From assembly GCA_038727135.1 (NCBI GenBank), contig JAVYWL010000003.1, positions 1 to 64,000 on the forward strand: 64,000 bases of DNA, given 5' to 3'. A model generated the notes under the pieces. That model saw only the letters and a program-made list of their open reading frames with translations, ran no database searches and was not told where the DNA came from. The position numbers and the translations under genes are program-made. Below are positions 18,401 to 28,083 of this stretch, in pieces. Numbering within the stretch: the first letter of the stretch is position 1; each line of letters begins with the position of its first letter. The stretch comes from Candidatus Bathyarchaeia archaeon. Its GTDB lineage: Archaea > Thermoproteota > Bathyarchaeia > Bathyarchaeales > Bathycorpusculaceae.

Positions 18401-19963
18401 CTATTTACCTCGCTTTCTAGCTATGAATAATAGGCTTCTTGGAAATAATTTGCGAAGAAATTTATCTGCAGTGTAAACCGCACGTAATATGGGTTTGTGA
18501 TTGATTTTAGAATACAGAAAATGCGGAAACGTGAAAATCTTCTCAACTCTTATTACATCGAATCCGTGCATCATTAACTCTCTCTTGAAAGCTCCCTCGG
18601 ACACCAAGTTAGCCAAGATGAAATATCGTCCCATTTTTTCGCCCGATAAAAGGTAAATGAGGGGTACGGTGAGAGAGCCTATCAAGTAAAATGGATTAAA
18701 TTTATTGGGCATCTCTACGATCAAGTATCCATTGTCTTCCAGCACACTGACGATGTTTCTTAATGCTTGCTTCCTGTTATTAACATATTTGAAACTTCTG
18801 AAGGCGAAAACCAAATCATATTTGTAAGGTAACTTGATTCTTTCAACATCCCCGCAAATTACATGTAAACCTTCAAATCTCTCCACTAAGGATTTGCAAG
18901 CCACTTCTGAAACATCTTGAGCCGTAACTTCAAATCCAGCTTTTGTGAATTCTTTAACCCACCTTCCACCGCCACTACCAATTTCAAGAACCTTTATCTT
19001 CCTACCATCAAATATGCTCTTTATAATACTCAAAACCGATTCTCTTTCAATGAAATCGACAAATTGATTGCCTAGAGTACCATAATACATCTTCTTCTCA
19101 TAAAATAATGCGTCTTTCTCAAACTCTGCCTTGGCATCTATTGTTAACCTCTGAATCTTCGGATCAAGCGATCCCGAAAGCATACCTAGACGAAATGTCA
19201 CGAATTCTACACTCTTAAGGAGCAGAAGCATTAAAGCCTTAGTTTTAGAATACTTAAAAGCATTAGATAATAACTTTAGCCTATGGCTAAACGATAATTG
19301 TCTTTTTACAAAAACTTCATTCTTGTGCTTATTTTTGTAATAAACAAAAAATTTTCCATGCTTAAATTTCTTGAGAGGTCTGAATGCAGGTTCGCTTAAA
19401 AAGAACTTGGATTTAACCCTACATACCTTGAGCCCAAACTTTGCTGCATTTAAATAGAAGTCATACTCATCAGGGCCTTCATTTTTTTCATCGAATAAAA
19501 CCTTGTCAAAGATCCGTTTCCGATAAGCTCTTGGCGACTCAATGACGTCAACTCCCTCATAGATTTTCTTCTCAATATTTTTACATTTAGTCATGAAGTC
19601 TTTGCCTAGATATTCTTCAGGAATTACAATAGCATCGCATCTTTCTTCAACAAAACATTTTACAATTTCTTCAACCAATAATTGTTCAAAAATATAGTCA
19701 GCATCAGCTAGAATAACATATTCGCCCTTACTTTTTAAAATCCCAATGTTTCTTGCAGATGGTTTGTTAAAGCATCCTTCTATGACATTGACTCCATACT
19801 TTTTGGCAATGGAAACAGTCTCGTCGGTAGAGCCCCCGTCAACCACTATGATCTCAATGTTTGGATACGTCTGAGCCTTAATTGACTGCAAACACTTATC
19901 AAGAAACCTTGCAGAATTCAACGTTGGAATAACGATAGAAACTAACGGACTAAACTCCCTCAC
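18401..19963 (-). CDS. GT2 glycosyltransferase fused to class I SAM-dependent methyltransferase
   Basis: VSIVIPTLN, VVDGGSTD, DAD; C-terminal VLEIGSGGG motif I. Confidence 0.85.
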   Translation of the reverse strand: MREFSPLVSIVIPTLNSARFLDKCLQSIKAQTYPNIEIIVVDGGSTDETVSIAKKYGVNVIEGCFNKPSARNIGILKSKGEYVILADADYIFEQLLVEEIVKCFVEERCDAIVIPEEYLGKDFMTKCKNIEKKIYEGVDVIESPRAYRKRIFDKVLFDEKNEGPDEYDFYLNAAKFGLKVCRVKSKFFLSEPAFRPLKKFKHGKFFVYYKNKHKNEVFVKRQLSFSHRLKLLSNAFKYSKTKALMLLLLKSVEFVTFRLGMLSGSLDPKIQRLTIDAKAEFEKDALFYEKKMYYGTLGNQFVDFIERESVLSIIKSIFDGRKIKVLEIGSGGGRWVKEFTKAGFEVTAQDVSEVACKSLVERFEGLHVICGDVERIKLPYKYDLVFAFRSFKYVNNRKQALRNIVSVLEDNGYLIVEMPNKFNPFYLIGSLTVPLIYLLSGEKMGRYFILANLVSEGAFKRELMMHGFDVIRVEKIFTFPHFLYSKINHKPILRAVYTADKFLRKLFPRSLLFIARKRGK

Positions 19964-20032
19964 TAGCCAATAACCTCAGTATTTTTATGAATTCTTCCGC
20001 TGTTTTGTCCCAGCTATATTGCAAATTTTCAT
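19950..20032 (-). pseudogene. deletion scar of a GT4 gene (start fused to last codons)
   Basis: ATG AAA ATT TGC overlapping the upstream stop, joined out of frame to QYSWDKTAEEFIKIL, which matches the C-terminus of GT4 20838-21944. Confidence 0.7.
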
Positions 20033-20860
20033 TTATCCACAATACCAGCTAAACAACCCAATTCTGCTGAGAAATATTCCAAGATTTTTAAAACAACTAC
20101 TCCTAATGCAAGCAACGGCTTAGAAGAAAATCTTTTATTTTTGAGGAAGATTGAAAATCTATGAAGAGCGCTCATTTGCTTACTAGCATATTCGCCGAAT
20201 TTTTCTTTGTATTTTTGAGCGCTTTTTCCATAGTAGAACTTCTTCTCCAGCCAATTCCAAAGAGAGAAATTCTCTTCATGATGCAAAATTTCAGCGTTTA
20301 TTCTTGCCTTAACATTATAGCCCATTTTTTATCTTCTGTGGTAGAGTAGATTCTTCAAAGGCAACTATGTCTCCGTCGAAACCGTTAACCTTCTCACATA
20401 AATCTTTCCTGAAAAATCTTGCTGACTCTATTTCCGTCCCAGCGTAAAAGCTTCTCTCGAAATCTCTGACTTTTACCCAAAACGAATTACCAACAGACCT
20501 TTCAGGAATGATTACTCCCCCTAGCTTTTCATAATTTTCCATCAAGCTAACACATTCCTCAATTACTTTTCTAGTCAACTCCATATCAGAGTCAATAAAG
20601 CAAACGTATTTGCCCCTAGCCTTCTTAAGATTAAAGTTTTTTGCCCCAGCCCGCTCAGCATTTAACTGAAAAACTCTTGCTCCATACTTCTCGGCAATTT
20701 CCACTGTTTTATCCTTTGAATAGTTATCCACCACAATAACCTCAATATTTGGATATGTTTGCTCCATGACGGACCTCAAACAAGCATCGATGGTTTTCTC
20801 TGAATTATACGTTGGAATAATTACAGAAACTAGAGGCTTATCTCTTTTCATCAAAAACAC
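20029..20860 (-). pseudogene. GT2 glycosyltransferase, frameshifted at an A6 run (20325-20330)
   Basis: VSVIIPTYN, VVDNYSKD, DSD in ORF 20315-20860; C-terminus continues in ORF 20029-20325. Confidence 0.8.
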
Positions 20861-21944
20861 GTTCCAGTATTTTAATGAATTGCTCTGCCGTTTTGTCCCA
20901 ACTGAATTGTTTGGAGTATTCCAGTGCGTTTTTGCTTAGCCTCTCTCTCAATCCATCATCTGTTAACACAGTAATGATATTTTCTGCCAAATCTTTAATG
21001 TCGCCATTCTTAGCCAACAAGCCTGTTTCGCCATTTTTAACGCTGTCCCTTAAGCCAGCCACATCATAAGCCACACAAGGCGTTCCCAAGGCATTAGCCT
21101 CGATCACATTTAAGCCCCAACCCTCACGGACGCTTGGATTAACCAATACCCAGGCCCGCCTAACCAACTCACGCCTGCTCTCATTATCTAAGCAACTAAA
21201 GAACTTGACGCCGTCAAAAGTCACACGCTCTAAAGCCTTCCTAAAATAGCCATCCCCAACAATCCACAATTCGGCTTCTGGCATTCTCTCCTTAACAATC
21301 CGGAAAGCCTTCAAAGCATGATCTGGACGTTTAGCCCTCTTCAGACGCCCAACATAAACAACAACAGGATAACGTTCCTTCTTTGGAACTTCGCTTAAAG
21401 GCTTAAAGTTTAACCCTTCAGGAACAACAAAAACACGTTTATAACCCAATTCTAGCAAATTCTGCTTGGTGCTTTCAGAAACGGTGACTGTTGGAACATC
21501 AACATACTGCTTTAACCACCTATTCTCAAGAAAATAGTAGCCAACATAGTTTACTGGGAAAGGAGTCTCATAAAACCAGTACTCCCTAGCCAACTGATGA
21601 ATTAAGGCAACAACCATCTCACCATTATTAACAAACTTAGGAGCAAAAAAGGGCCTAGTATTAATCTCATCAATGACAACATCGTATCTCTCTTTTGAAA
21701 AGAATTTCTTATAATATTCCTTTGCCTTCCAATAAACGCTGAATCTGCCGCCGGCCCTGACAACTCGAACACCTTCTAAGGTTTCTTCACGTTTGCAATC
21801 ATTAAATTCAGAAGTGAATAAGGTAACCTCATGCCCCCATTCGACCCAACGTTTAGCCACTTCCCTTGTGAAAACCTCTGCCCCGCCAGCCTCAGGATTA
21901 AGCCAGCAACGCCAATTAAAAACCAGAATCTTAAGTGAATCCAC
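20838..21944 (-). CDS. GT4 glycosyltransferase
   Basis: NPEAGGAE, YVGRL, PSVREGWGLNVIEA, FSWDKTA. Confidence 0.9.
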   Translation of the reverse strand: MDSLKILVFNWRCWLNPEAGGAEVFTREVAKRWVEWGHEVTLFTSEFNDCKREETLEGVRVVRAGGRFSVYWKAKEYYKKFFSKERYDVVIDEINTRPFFAPKFVNNGEMVVALIHQLAREYWFYETPFPVNYVGYYFLENRWLKQYVDVPTVTVSESTKQNLLELGYKRVFVVPEGLNFKPLSEVPKKERYPVVVYVGRLKRAKRPDHALKAFRIVKERMPEAELWIVGDGYFRKALERVTFDGVKFFSCLDNESRRELVRRAWVLVNPSVREGWGLNVIEANALGTPCVAYDVAGLRDSVKNGETGLLAKNGDIKDLAENIITVLTDDGLRERLSKNALEYSKQFSWDKTAEQFIKILERVFDEKR

Positions 21945-22668
21945 GTTGATACCATTTTATAATTCTAAGTCTATAAGCAATGCCGAGTAAATCCAAAAGC
22001 ATACGCCAAATTTCTTTAAAACTAAAGCGATTCTTAAGCGTAACTTTCACGGGCAACTCTACGACCCTTAAACCATGAAGCTTCACCAGAACCAACAACT
22101 CGACATCAAACGCAAAACGCTTAACGCTCAAACGCCTAAAAATGTCTCTAAAAGCCTCGCGTCTAACAGCCTTAATACCACACTGCGTATCACAAACTTT
22201 CAAACCTACCAATACTCTAACTAAAACATTAAAGCTGCGGCTAAGCAATTTACGCACAAAACTAGCATCCACAACACTATCTTTATGCCACTTAGAACCA
22301 ATAACCATATCAGCATTCTTTAAAGCCTCAATATAACGATTAACAACGTTAAAACTAACTTCAGAATCGCTGTCGATAAAAATAATAAACTTACCTCTGC
22401 TGTTCAAAAATCCTGTCTTGACCGCGAAGCCCTTACCCATATTACGCTCATAACCAACAACCCGCACATGCGAATTACGGCTAGCATAACGCATAGCCCT
22501 CAAGCGTGTATCGTCATCACTGCCATCATCAACAACCACGATCTCATAGTCAAGACCATTACTATTAACAACCCTATCCAAATGTTCTAATGAATACTCA
22601 ATAACGGCGCCCTCGTTAAAGGCAGGTAAAACAAAAGAAAGCTGCGGATTAATAGTTTTTTCCGCCAC
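21931..22668 (-). CDS. GT2 polyprenyl-phosphate glycosyltransferase (DPM/DPG synthase-like)
   Basis: PAFNE, VVDDGSDD, NMGKG, DSD, DTQCG, FAFDVELL. Confidence 0.9.
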   Translation of the reverse strand: MAEKTINPQLSFVLPAFNEGAVIEYSLEHLDRVVNSNGLDYEIVVVDDGSDDDTRLRAMRYASRNSHVRVVGYERNMGKGFAVKTGFLNSRGKFIIFIDSDSEVSFNVVNRYIEALKNADMVIGSKWHKDSVVDASFVRKLLSRSFNVLVRVLVGLKVCDTQCGIKAVRREAFRDIFRRLSVKRFAFDVELLVLVKLHGLRVVELPVKVTLKNRFSFKEIWRMLLDLLGIAYRLRIIKWYQRGFT

Positions 22669-22897
22669 GGTGTGATTCCCATATATAGTAGGCTAGTTGA
22701 ACTAGGACGCCAGCCACCAACAGGAAATAGGCTATAACAGCTAGGCTGTCTGCCGTTTCATCCATGCCGAAAACAAGCAAAACAGCACAAGCAATTAAAA
22801 GCCCTTGAAAACCTAAAATTGGCAAAGCTCCGGGATTCCCTCTAATAAAACTTTTAAACCAAATGAAGAAATGTTTAAGCTTCAACTTTAAATTCAT
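22649..22897 (-). CDS. small two-TM membrane protein
   Basis: Two hydrophobic helices; overlaps both neighbours in the operon. Confidence 0.6.
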   Translation of the reverse strand: MNLKLKLKHFFIWFKSFIRGNPGALPILGFQGLLIACAVLLVFGMDETADSLAVIAYFLLVAGVLVQLAYYIWESHRGGKNY

Positions 22898-24374
22898 AGA
22901 CGGCTATTCTCCCGCTGCGATAAGCCTCTTTAAAAGTTGATGGCAAGCTTGCCCATCCGTGCCAGCCTTCCCCTGAAACCCACCAAATCAGGTAAGCGCG
23001 CCTATAACTGTCCTGTGAAAAAGCTAAAGCAGCATTTTCAGGTGAAGAGTATCCGTAACGGGCAATTTTAACACCATTAGCATACAACAAAGCCCAACCA
23101 ATGAAGGCATCGTGAACCAGCAAGACACCGTTGCTCTCCACATTGTTTTCAACCCAGCTTAACGCCTTAATCACGTCTTCACAGTCGCTTAAAGGCACAC
23201 TGTTCTGCAACATAGAAGAAGGAACATAAGAAGGGTAAAGGCTGAAAAATGGAAAAGCCGCTTCAGCGGGCAGAAAAATAAAACTAAAACTTAACAAGAC
23301 TATAAAACCAGCCAAAAACGCCTTAAATAGGCTAGAGTTTAGTTTTTCAAAACCTTCAACTGCAAAAAAGGCTAATGGAAAGGCGAACAATAGAATCCAT
23401 CGATAACTTAACGGTGCTAATGGAAAGAGGAACGGTAACGATGCGCCAATTAAACACCAATAAGCCCATGCTTTAAGCTCTAATCCTCTAAATCCTCGAA
23501 TTCCAAAAACGATAAAGGGCAAAATCGGAAAGTAGCAGAAAAAAAAGAAGCCCACAGCGTATGCTATTCCATTAGCAGTCGTCGAGTAGCCCATAAGGTT
23601 AAGCCACTCTGACCGCCCGCTCGCAACAACCTCGTCAGCGTAGGCGGGTAAAACCACAAAGTCAGCGTAAACGGTTAACAAGAAAAGCGCAATTGCAGGC
23701 ACACAAGCAACAAGAATACGCTTAACAAAAGAGCAGTCTCGCTTTATCAGCCTTTCCAAAGCTACGGCAAAAATTATCATGAACATTATTACACCCACAA
23801 GCTGATGCGTCAAGACCACAAGCATCGCAGAAAATGCCAAAATGCTCACCCACTCCCATTTAAAATCGGATAAGCACTTTCGCAATATTATAAGGAAAAT
23901 AAAGAGGAAGATGAGACCTAGCTCGCTTCGAAGCATGTCCCAAGAAATCCTCAAGCCAACAAAGTATAGCGTGGCAAGTAAAGAAGCATAAAAGCCTTTC
24001 CTCGCAGACCATGCCAAACCCTTTGTCGCGTATTGGAATATAGCGAACCCAAGTAATCCATGCAATACTGGAGACAAAACCTTCAGCGAAACAACCAACG
24101 GAACACCAGCTAAGGTTAAACCTGAAAGTAGAAGGTACAACATTGGAGCTGTGCCGAAAAATTCCCAGAAGCTAACGCCACAACGCGTCCATTTCCACGT
24201 TGCTGGAACATAATAGCTTATCGTGTCGAAACCAACAATATATGGGCCCATGATAAGTTCGGGGATAGCCCGCACAATTAGCGGTATAAAAAAGGCAATC
24301 GCCGAACAACCCTTAAAGGTGACACAGCTTATGTGAATCGACGGGAACTTCAGAAAATGTGCCATAACCATCAA
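22875..24374 (-). CDS. polytopic membrane protein, GT-C-like
   Basis: About 11 TM segments, GFDTISYY after the first TM, YRW motif. Confidence 0.65.
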   Translation of the reverse strand: MMVMAHFLKFPSIHISCVTFKGCSAIAFFIPLIVRAIPELIMGPYIVGFDTISYYVPATWKWTRCGVSFWEFFGTAPMLYLLLSGLTLAGVPLVVSLKVLSPVLHGLLGFAIFQYATKGLAWSARKGFYASLLATLYFVGLRISWDMLRSELGLIFLFIFLIILRKCLSDFKWEWVSILAFSAMLVVLTHQLVGVIMFMIIFAVALERLIKRDCSFVKRILVACVPAIALFLLTVYADFVVLPAYADEVVASGRSEWLNLMGYSTTANGIAYAVGFFFFCYFPILPFIVFGIRGFRGLELKAWAYWCLIGASLPFLFPLAPLSYRWILLFAFPLAFFAVEGFEKLNSSLFKAFLAGFIVLLSFSFIFLPAEAAFPFFSLYPSYVPSSMLQNSVPLSDCEDVIKALSWVENNVESNGVLLVHDAFIGWALLYANGVKIARYGYSSPENAALAFSQDSYRRAYLIWWVSGEGWHGWASLPSTFKEAYRSGRIAVYEFKVEA

Positions 24375-25624
24375 AGATCTAAAACTTGCGCCTTCACAAC
24401 GCCTGTTTTCTCAGTTTTAACCCACTTATATGGTCTGCGTAAAAGAATAAGCAACGCTGCATAAAGCGCGATAAAAGCCTGCATGCTCCAGTAAAAGTAT
24501 ATGAAAGGAAGCCACAAAAGGTTAGTTAACTTTCTAGGTTTAGAAACATAAGCTAATGCAAAACCGCAAATCACAAGCGTAAGGCTTGTGCCAACGGCGG
24601 AAAGATATATCAATAACTGAAGTAAGGCATCAAGATTAAGAGCGGTGAACGAGGTATAAATCGCTAAAAGATAACAAATTAGAGAGGCAATAAGCACGAA
24701 TGGCCCAAGAAAAGTGAGTTCGGCATCAAGGGTTTTTTTAGTGGGTTTGGCTATTAGCCTTCCATATTTGAAGGCTACTTGCATTGTCCCCCTGAACCAT
24801 CTTGTTCTCTGTTTGAAAAGTTGCCACACTTGGGATGGTGTTTCCTGCCAAGAACGCACGTCAAAGGCATACCTAATCTTATAACCATTCTCGACAAGCC
24901 TCGCCGACAACTCCATATCCTCAGACAAAGTTTCCTCGTTAAAACCGCCCAGCTTCGCTAAAACATCACGTCTTATAAACTGGCAGGTTCCCTTCAAATG
25001 GACGAACAAGCCTAAAACGTCCTTTCCCCTTAAATAAGCTTCACACCACGCAGTCTCCTCATGGGAAACAAGCTTTGTCAACATGTTCTCATCAGCGTTT
25101 ATGCTGCAAAGCCTGCCTTGCACAGCTGCCACTGAAGGATCATTAAAATACGCAACAGCCTTTTTCAGCACGTCACGTTCAGGAACATTATCCGCATCAA
25201 AAACTGCCACAATTTCCCCTCTTGCATGCTTAAAGGCAAAATTTAAAGCAGACGGCTTTCCGTTTGACACGGGTTTATGGAGGAGTTTCACCCGTTCAGT
25301 ATGCCGCCCAGCATATTTCTCACATATTTCAACGGTTTTGTCGGTAGAGCCATCCTCAATGACTAAGATTTCCACTTTATCAGTCGGATAATCGAGCTTC
25401 AACAGAGCTTCAAGAAGTCTCCCCACGACCTTCTCTTCATTCTTAACAGGGACGATAATTGATACTTTAGGCAACCCCTTATCATCACCCAGAGCTACTT
25501 CCTTCTTTTTCCTTCGTGGGCCCATTAAATGTCGAACGCCCACGGCCAAAATTGGTATCTGATAAAAAGTCCAAGCATAAACAGCTAGAATAACAAATGC
25601 AACTAAGGCATAGAATAGGTTCAA
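24371..25624 (-). CDS. processive GT2 (cellulose-synthase-like) glycosyltransferase
   Basis: DGSTD, GKPSALN, DAD, SED, QRTRW, flanking TM helices. Confidence 0.9.
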   Translation of the reverse strand: MNLFYALVAFVILAVYAWTFYQIPILAVGVRHLMGPRRKKKEVALGDDKGLPKVSIIVPVKNEEKVVGRLLEALLKLDYPTDKVEILVIEDGSTDKTVEICEKYAGRHTERVKLLHKPVSNGKPSALNFAFKHARGEIVAVFDADNVPERDVLKKAVAYFNDPSVAAVQGRLCSINADENMLTKLVSHEETAWCEAYLRGKDVLGLFVHLKGTCQFIRRDVLAKLGGFNEETLSEDMELSARLVENGYKIRYAFDVRSWQETPSQVWQLFKQRTRWFRGTMQVAFKYGRLIAKPTKKTLDAELTFLGPFVLIASLICYLLAIYTSFTALNLDALLQLLIYLSAVGTSLTLVICGFALAYVSKPRKLTNLLWLPFIYFYWSMQAFIALYAALLILLRRPYKWVKTEKTGVVKAQVLDL

Positions 25625-25677
25625 TTATCACCCTCAATAATTACAATTACGCGAGCTATGTACACTCCTACAGTTTC

Positions 25678-26157
25678 TTATCGTTTCCAAGTCAAACTTT
25701 GAAAGACCTTATCCGTAACTGTTAAAAACCTCATGAAACCCTCATCTTGAGCCCATTTCGCCGCTTCCTTATTCCCCCAACCCTCAGCAATCTTACTCAA
25801 CCTTCTAGCAATAGGCTTACCAATCTGACCCATGAACCATCGCAACGGACTCGCTAACAAAGCTTTAATTTTAACAATAACTTTTGCCAATGCATAGACC
25901 AGCCGCATACTCTTTGGTCGCCTAACATACTTCATAGTTAAATCAAAAATGGCTCTCTCGACTCGCGAAAGCTTAAACCAAACCCCACGCCTCAAAGCCT
26001 CCCTCTTAACCTTAACCAAAAAAGAAGCATACAAATTAACACTTGCCCCATCCATGCGTCGTGAGCTAGGGATAGGCAACTTAGAATTGAATCGCAACCT
26101 CAAATAAAACCTGCCAACACAACCGCCATTCAACATATCTTTACTCAACTCCTTCAT
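25678..26157 (-). CDS. basic hypothetical protein
   Basis: Arg/Lys-rich ORF heading the GT cluster; start uncertain (possibly 26055). Confidence 0.6.
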   Translation of the reverse strand: MKELSKDMLNGGCVGRFYLRLRFNSKLPIPSSRRMDGASVNLYASFLVKVKREALRRGVWFKLSRVERAIFDLTMKYVRRPKSMRLVYALAKVIVKIKALLASPLRWFMGQIGKPIARRLSKIAEGWGNKEAAKWAQDEGFMRFLTVTDKVFQSLTWKR

Positions 26158-26268
26158 TTACAAAGCACATATTCAGAATCAGATTTTAATTCCAACGTCT
26201 ATCACTATTTATAATTTATGATTTCAGACGGGCTCAACGCCAAATCTTTTAGATTTATTTTTAAAATG

Positions 26269-26287
26269 TTCTGTTAGTTGCAGTTAA
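26269..26287 (+). repeat. 19-bp boundary motif copy 3 (TTCTGTTAGTTGCAGTTAA)
   Basis: 17/19 identical to copy 2. Confidence 0.55.
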
Positions 26288-26483
26288 TGGTTATTTGTTA
26301 CCAAGCTAATCAAATAAATTGGTTACGTTGCTTTTCAGATGTTTATGCTATTTCCCCCGAAGCGTTTAGGTCAAAATCCTGTGGGCCACGCTATTATCGA
26401 AAATTGGATATATTTCTAGTTTAGAGATTTCGCTATTGCACGGGGAAGCTTTTACGTTGATTTACTGGACTTGATAGTCAAGC

Positions 26484-27209
26484 TTAAAGTATTATTTTTA
26501 TCCGTTGATGTTCTTCGGAGACTATTTTTACGCGTGTCATTTTGTCCCAATCTGGTTCTATTGGAGATTCCCATGATCTCTGTATATGCATGTATATTTC
26601 TGCCTCGGCTTGCATTTCTTTTGCTTTTATCTCTAAATGTTTGATCATCCAGGTTTTAAGTTCTGGGTCTGACCATACTGCTCTACAGAGCTCTTTTCCA
26701 TAGCCCTTAGGCATTTCAATTACAACATCAAAGAAAAAGTCATCGAAGATTTTGGCGAAAAGCATGTCGGCTGGCTCGCTTTTCCCTCCAATCACTATTC
26801 TGCCGAGGGTTTCATTTGCAATTCGAGTTATAATTTGCTTGATTGCTTCTCCAAGCCCATACTCTGTGAAGTGTTTCCACTTCTTCAGGGTTAGTGGAGC
26901 CTTTTTACTCCATAGGCTTATTACTTGTTCAGCTTCTTTCCAAATTTTTCCTGAAGCTAAAGCTGCTACTAAGCCACTTGTGGTAATTTCATAAACTTTT
27001 GCCGTTACACCCTTCTCATTTTTGACCTCCGCAGTTTGCCTTATGAGATATAGTTCACTTAACTGTTTAACTGATTTATGAACCGTTGAGTAAGTTAAAC
27101 CTGTGCCCTTCATTATATTATATATGTTAGCCTCTCCATTTTTAGCCAGGTATATAAGCACATCAACTTGCCTTCTCGTAAGGGTTATGTTTCCTAGTTT
27201 TATTTTCAT
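26484..27209 (-). CDS. winged-helix transcriptional regulator (element repressor)
   Basis: N-terminal wHTH: IYNIMKGTGLTYSTVHKSVKQL...YEITTSG. Confidence 0.75.
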   Translation of the reverse strand: MKIKLGNITLTRRQVDVLIYLAKNGEANIYNIMKGTGLTYSTVHKSVKQLSELYLIRQTAEVKNEKGVTAKVYEITTSGLVAALASGKIWKEAEQVISLWSKKAPLTLKKWKHFTEYGLGEAIKQIITRIANETLGRIVIGGKSEPADMLFAKIFDDFFFDVVIEMPKGYGKELCRAVWSDPELKTWMIKHLEIKAKEMQAEAEIYMHIQRSWESPIEPDWDKMTRVKIVSEEHQRIKIIL

Positions 27210-27210
27210 A

Positions 27211-27234
27211 TAGTATCACTTTTTAATGATACTA
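27211..27234. promoter_or_regulatory. inverted-repeat operator between divergent element genes
   Basis: TAGTATCA-N8-TGATACTA perfect 8-bp inverted repeat; TATATAAG near 27251. Confidence 0.65.
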
Positions 27235-27283
27235 ACATTACATAATGATATATATAAGCCTTGTGATTACAGTTAAAACTTGG

Positions 27284-27505
27284 ATGGCTATGGCTGAAAG
27301 ATTTATTGACATAGTAACCGCCTACAAAAGTGGAGGGAGAAACTCGCTCATAGTGACGATACCAAGAAGACTCGTGGTTGAGGCTAACATCGAGAAAGGC
27401 CAAAAATTTCTGGTGAAAGTTGACAGAAAGGGAAGACTCATCTATGAGCCATTAAACCCGCAAGAGGGGCCAATTACAAGTAAGGGCCTTTCGGAGGGTG
27501 AATGA
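27284..27505 (+). CDS. AbrB/SpoVT-type DNA-binding protein
   Basis: NSLIVTIPRRL...IEKGQKFLV motif; start set at the ATG downstream of the TATA box. Confidence 0.75.
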   Translation: MAMAERFIDIVTAYKSGGRNSLIVTIPRRLVVEANIEKGQKFLVKVDRKGRLIYEPLNPQEGPITSKGLSEGE

Positions 27506-27920
27506 TGTGGGTAAGATTACTGAGGTTGTTGTTACGAAGGGAAAAACTGTTAAAACTGCAGACAGAGAAGAATGGTTGAAGCTCGAGTTCAGTGTCAAGG
27601 CAGAAATTGATGACGATGTTGAACTAGCAGAGGCTAAATCTCACATTGAAGGTTTAATTGACGGCTGGCTCTCAAACCTACTGGTGGCTAAGCCCCAAGA
27701 ACAAAAGAAGGCAAAACCAGGATCTGAAATATTCTCTGAAGACTTAAGGCAACTACTAACGTTTGAAGAGAAAGGGGGATTCCTTATAATTAAGCCACGC
27801 CAGTTTTTGGGCTCTGAGAACTTCGCTAAAATCGCCGATGTCGTCCGCGGAGCGGGCGGTGAATATATCTCAAACGGGAAGCAATCCCACTTTCGAATAC
27901 CACTTAAAATAAGTTACTAA
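27498..27920 (+). CDS. hypothetical element protein
   Basis: 140-aa ORF overlapping the AbrB gene, GGAGG upstream. Confidence 0.7.
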   Translation: MNDVGKITEVVVTKGKTVKTADREEWLKLEFSVKAEIDDDVELAEAKSHIEGLIDGWLSNLLVAKPQEQKKAKPGSEIFSEDLRQLLTFEEKGGFLIIKPRQFLGSENFAKIADVVRGAGGEYISNGKQSHFRIPLKISY

Positions 27921-28083
27921 TGGAGAACCTTGGCAAATGAAAGATGGCGAAAATATCCCAAAAACTCTCATCACCCTTAAGTGGTAATAGGAAACACCAT
28001 AGATGACTAAAGGCAACCTTAGCATTAGCAACCAGCATAATTGGCTTAGAGTGCCAAGAAAGCAGAATCAGGAGCCACTTTAA

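Noticed and set aside
26437-26456. att duplicate of the tRNA-Leu 3' end next to the element core
   Set aside because: Only 12/20 identity, not distinguishable from chance.
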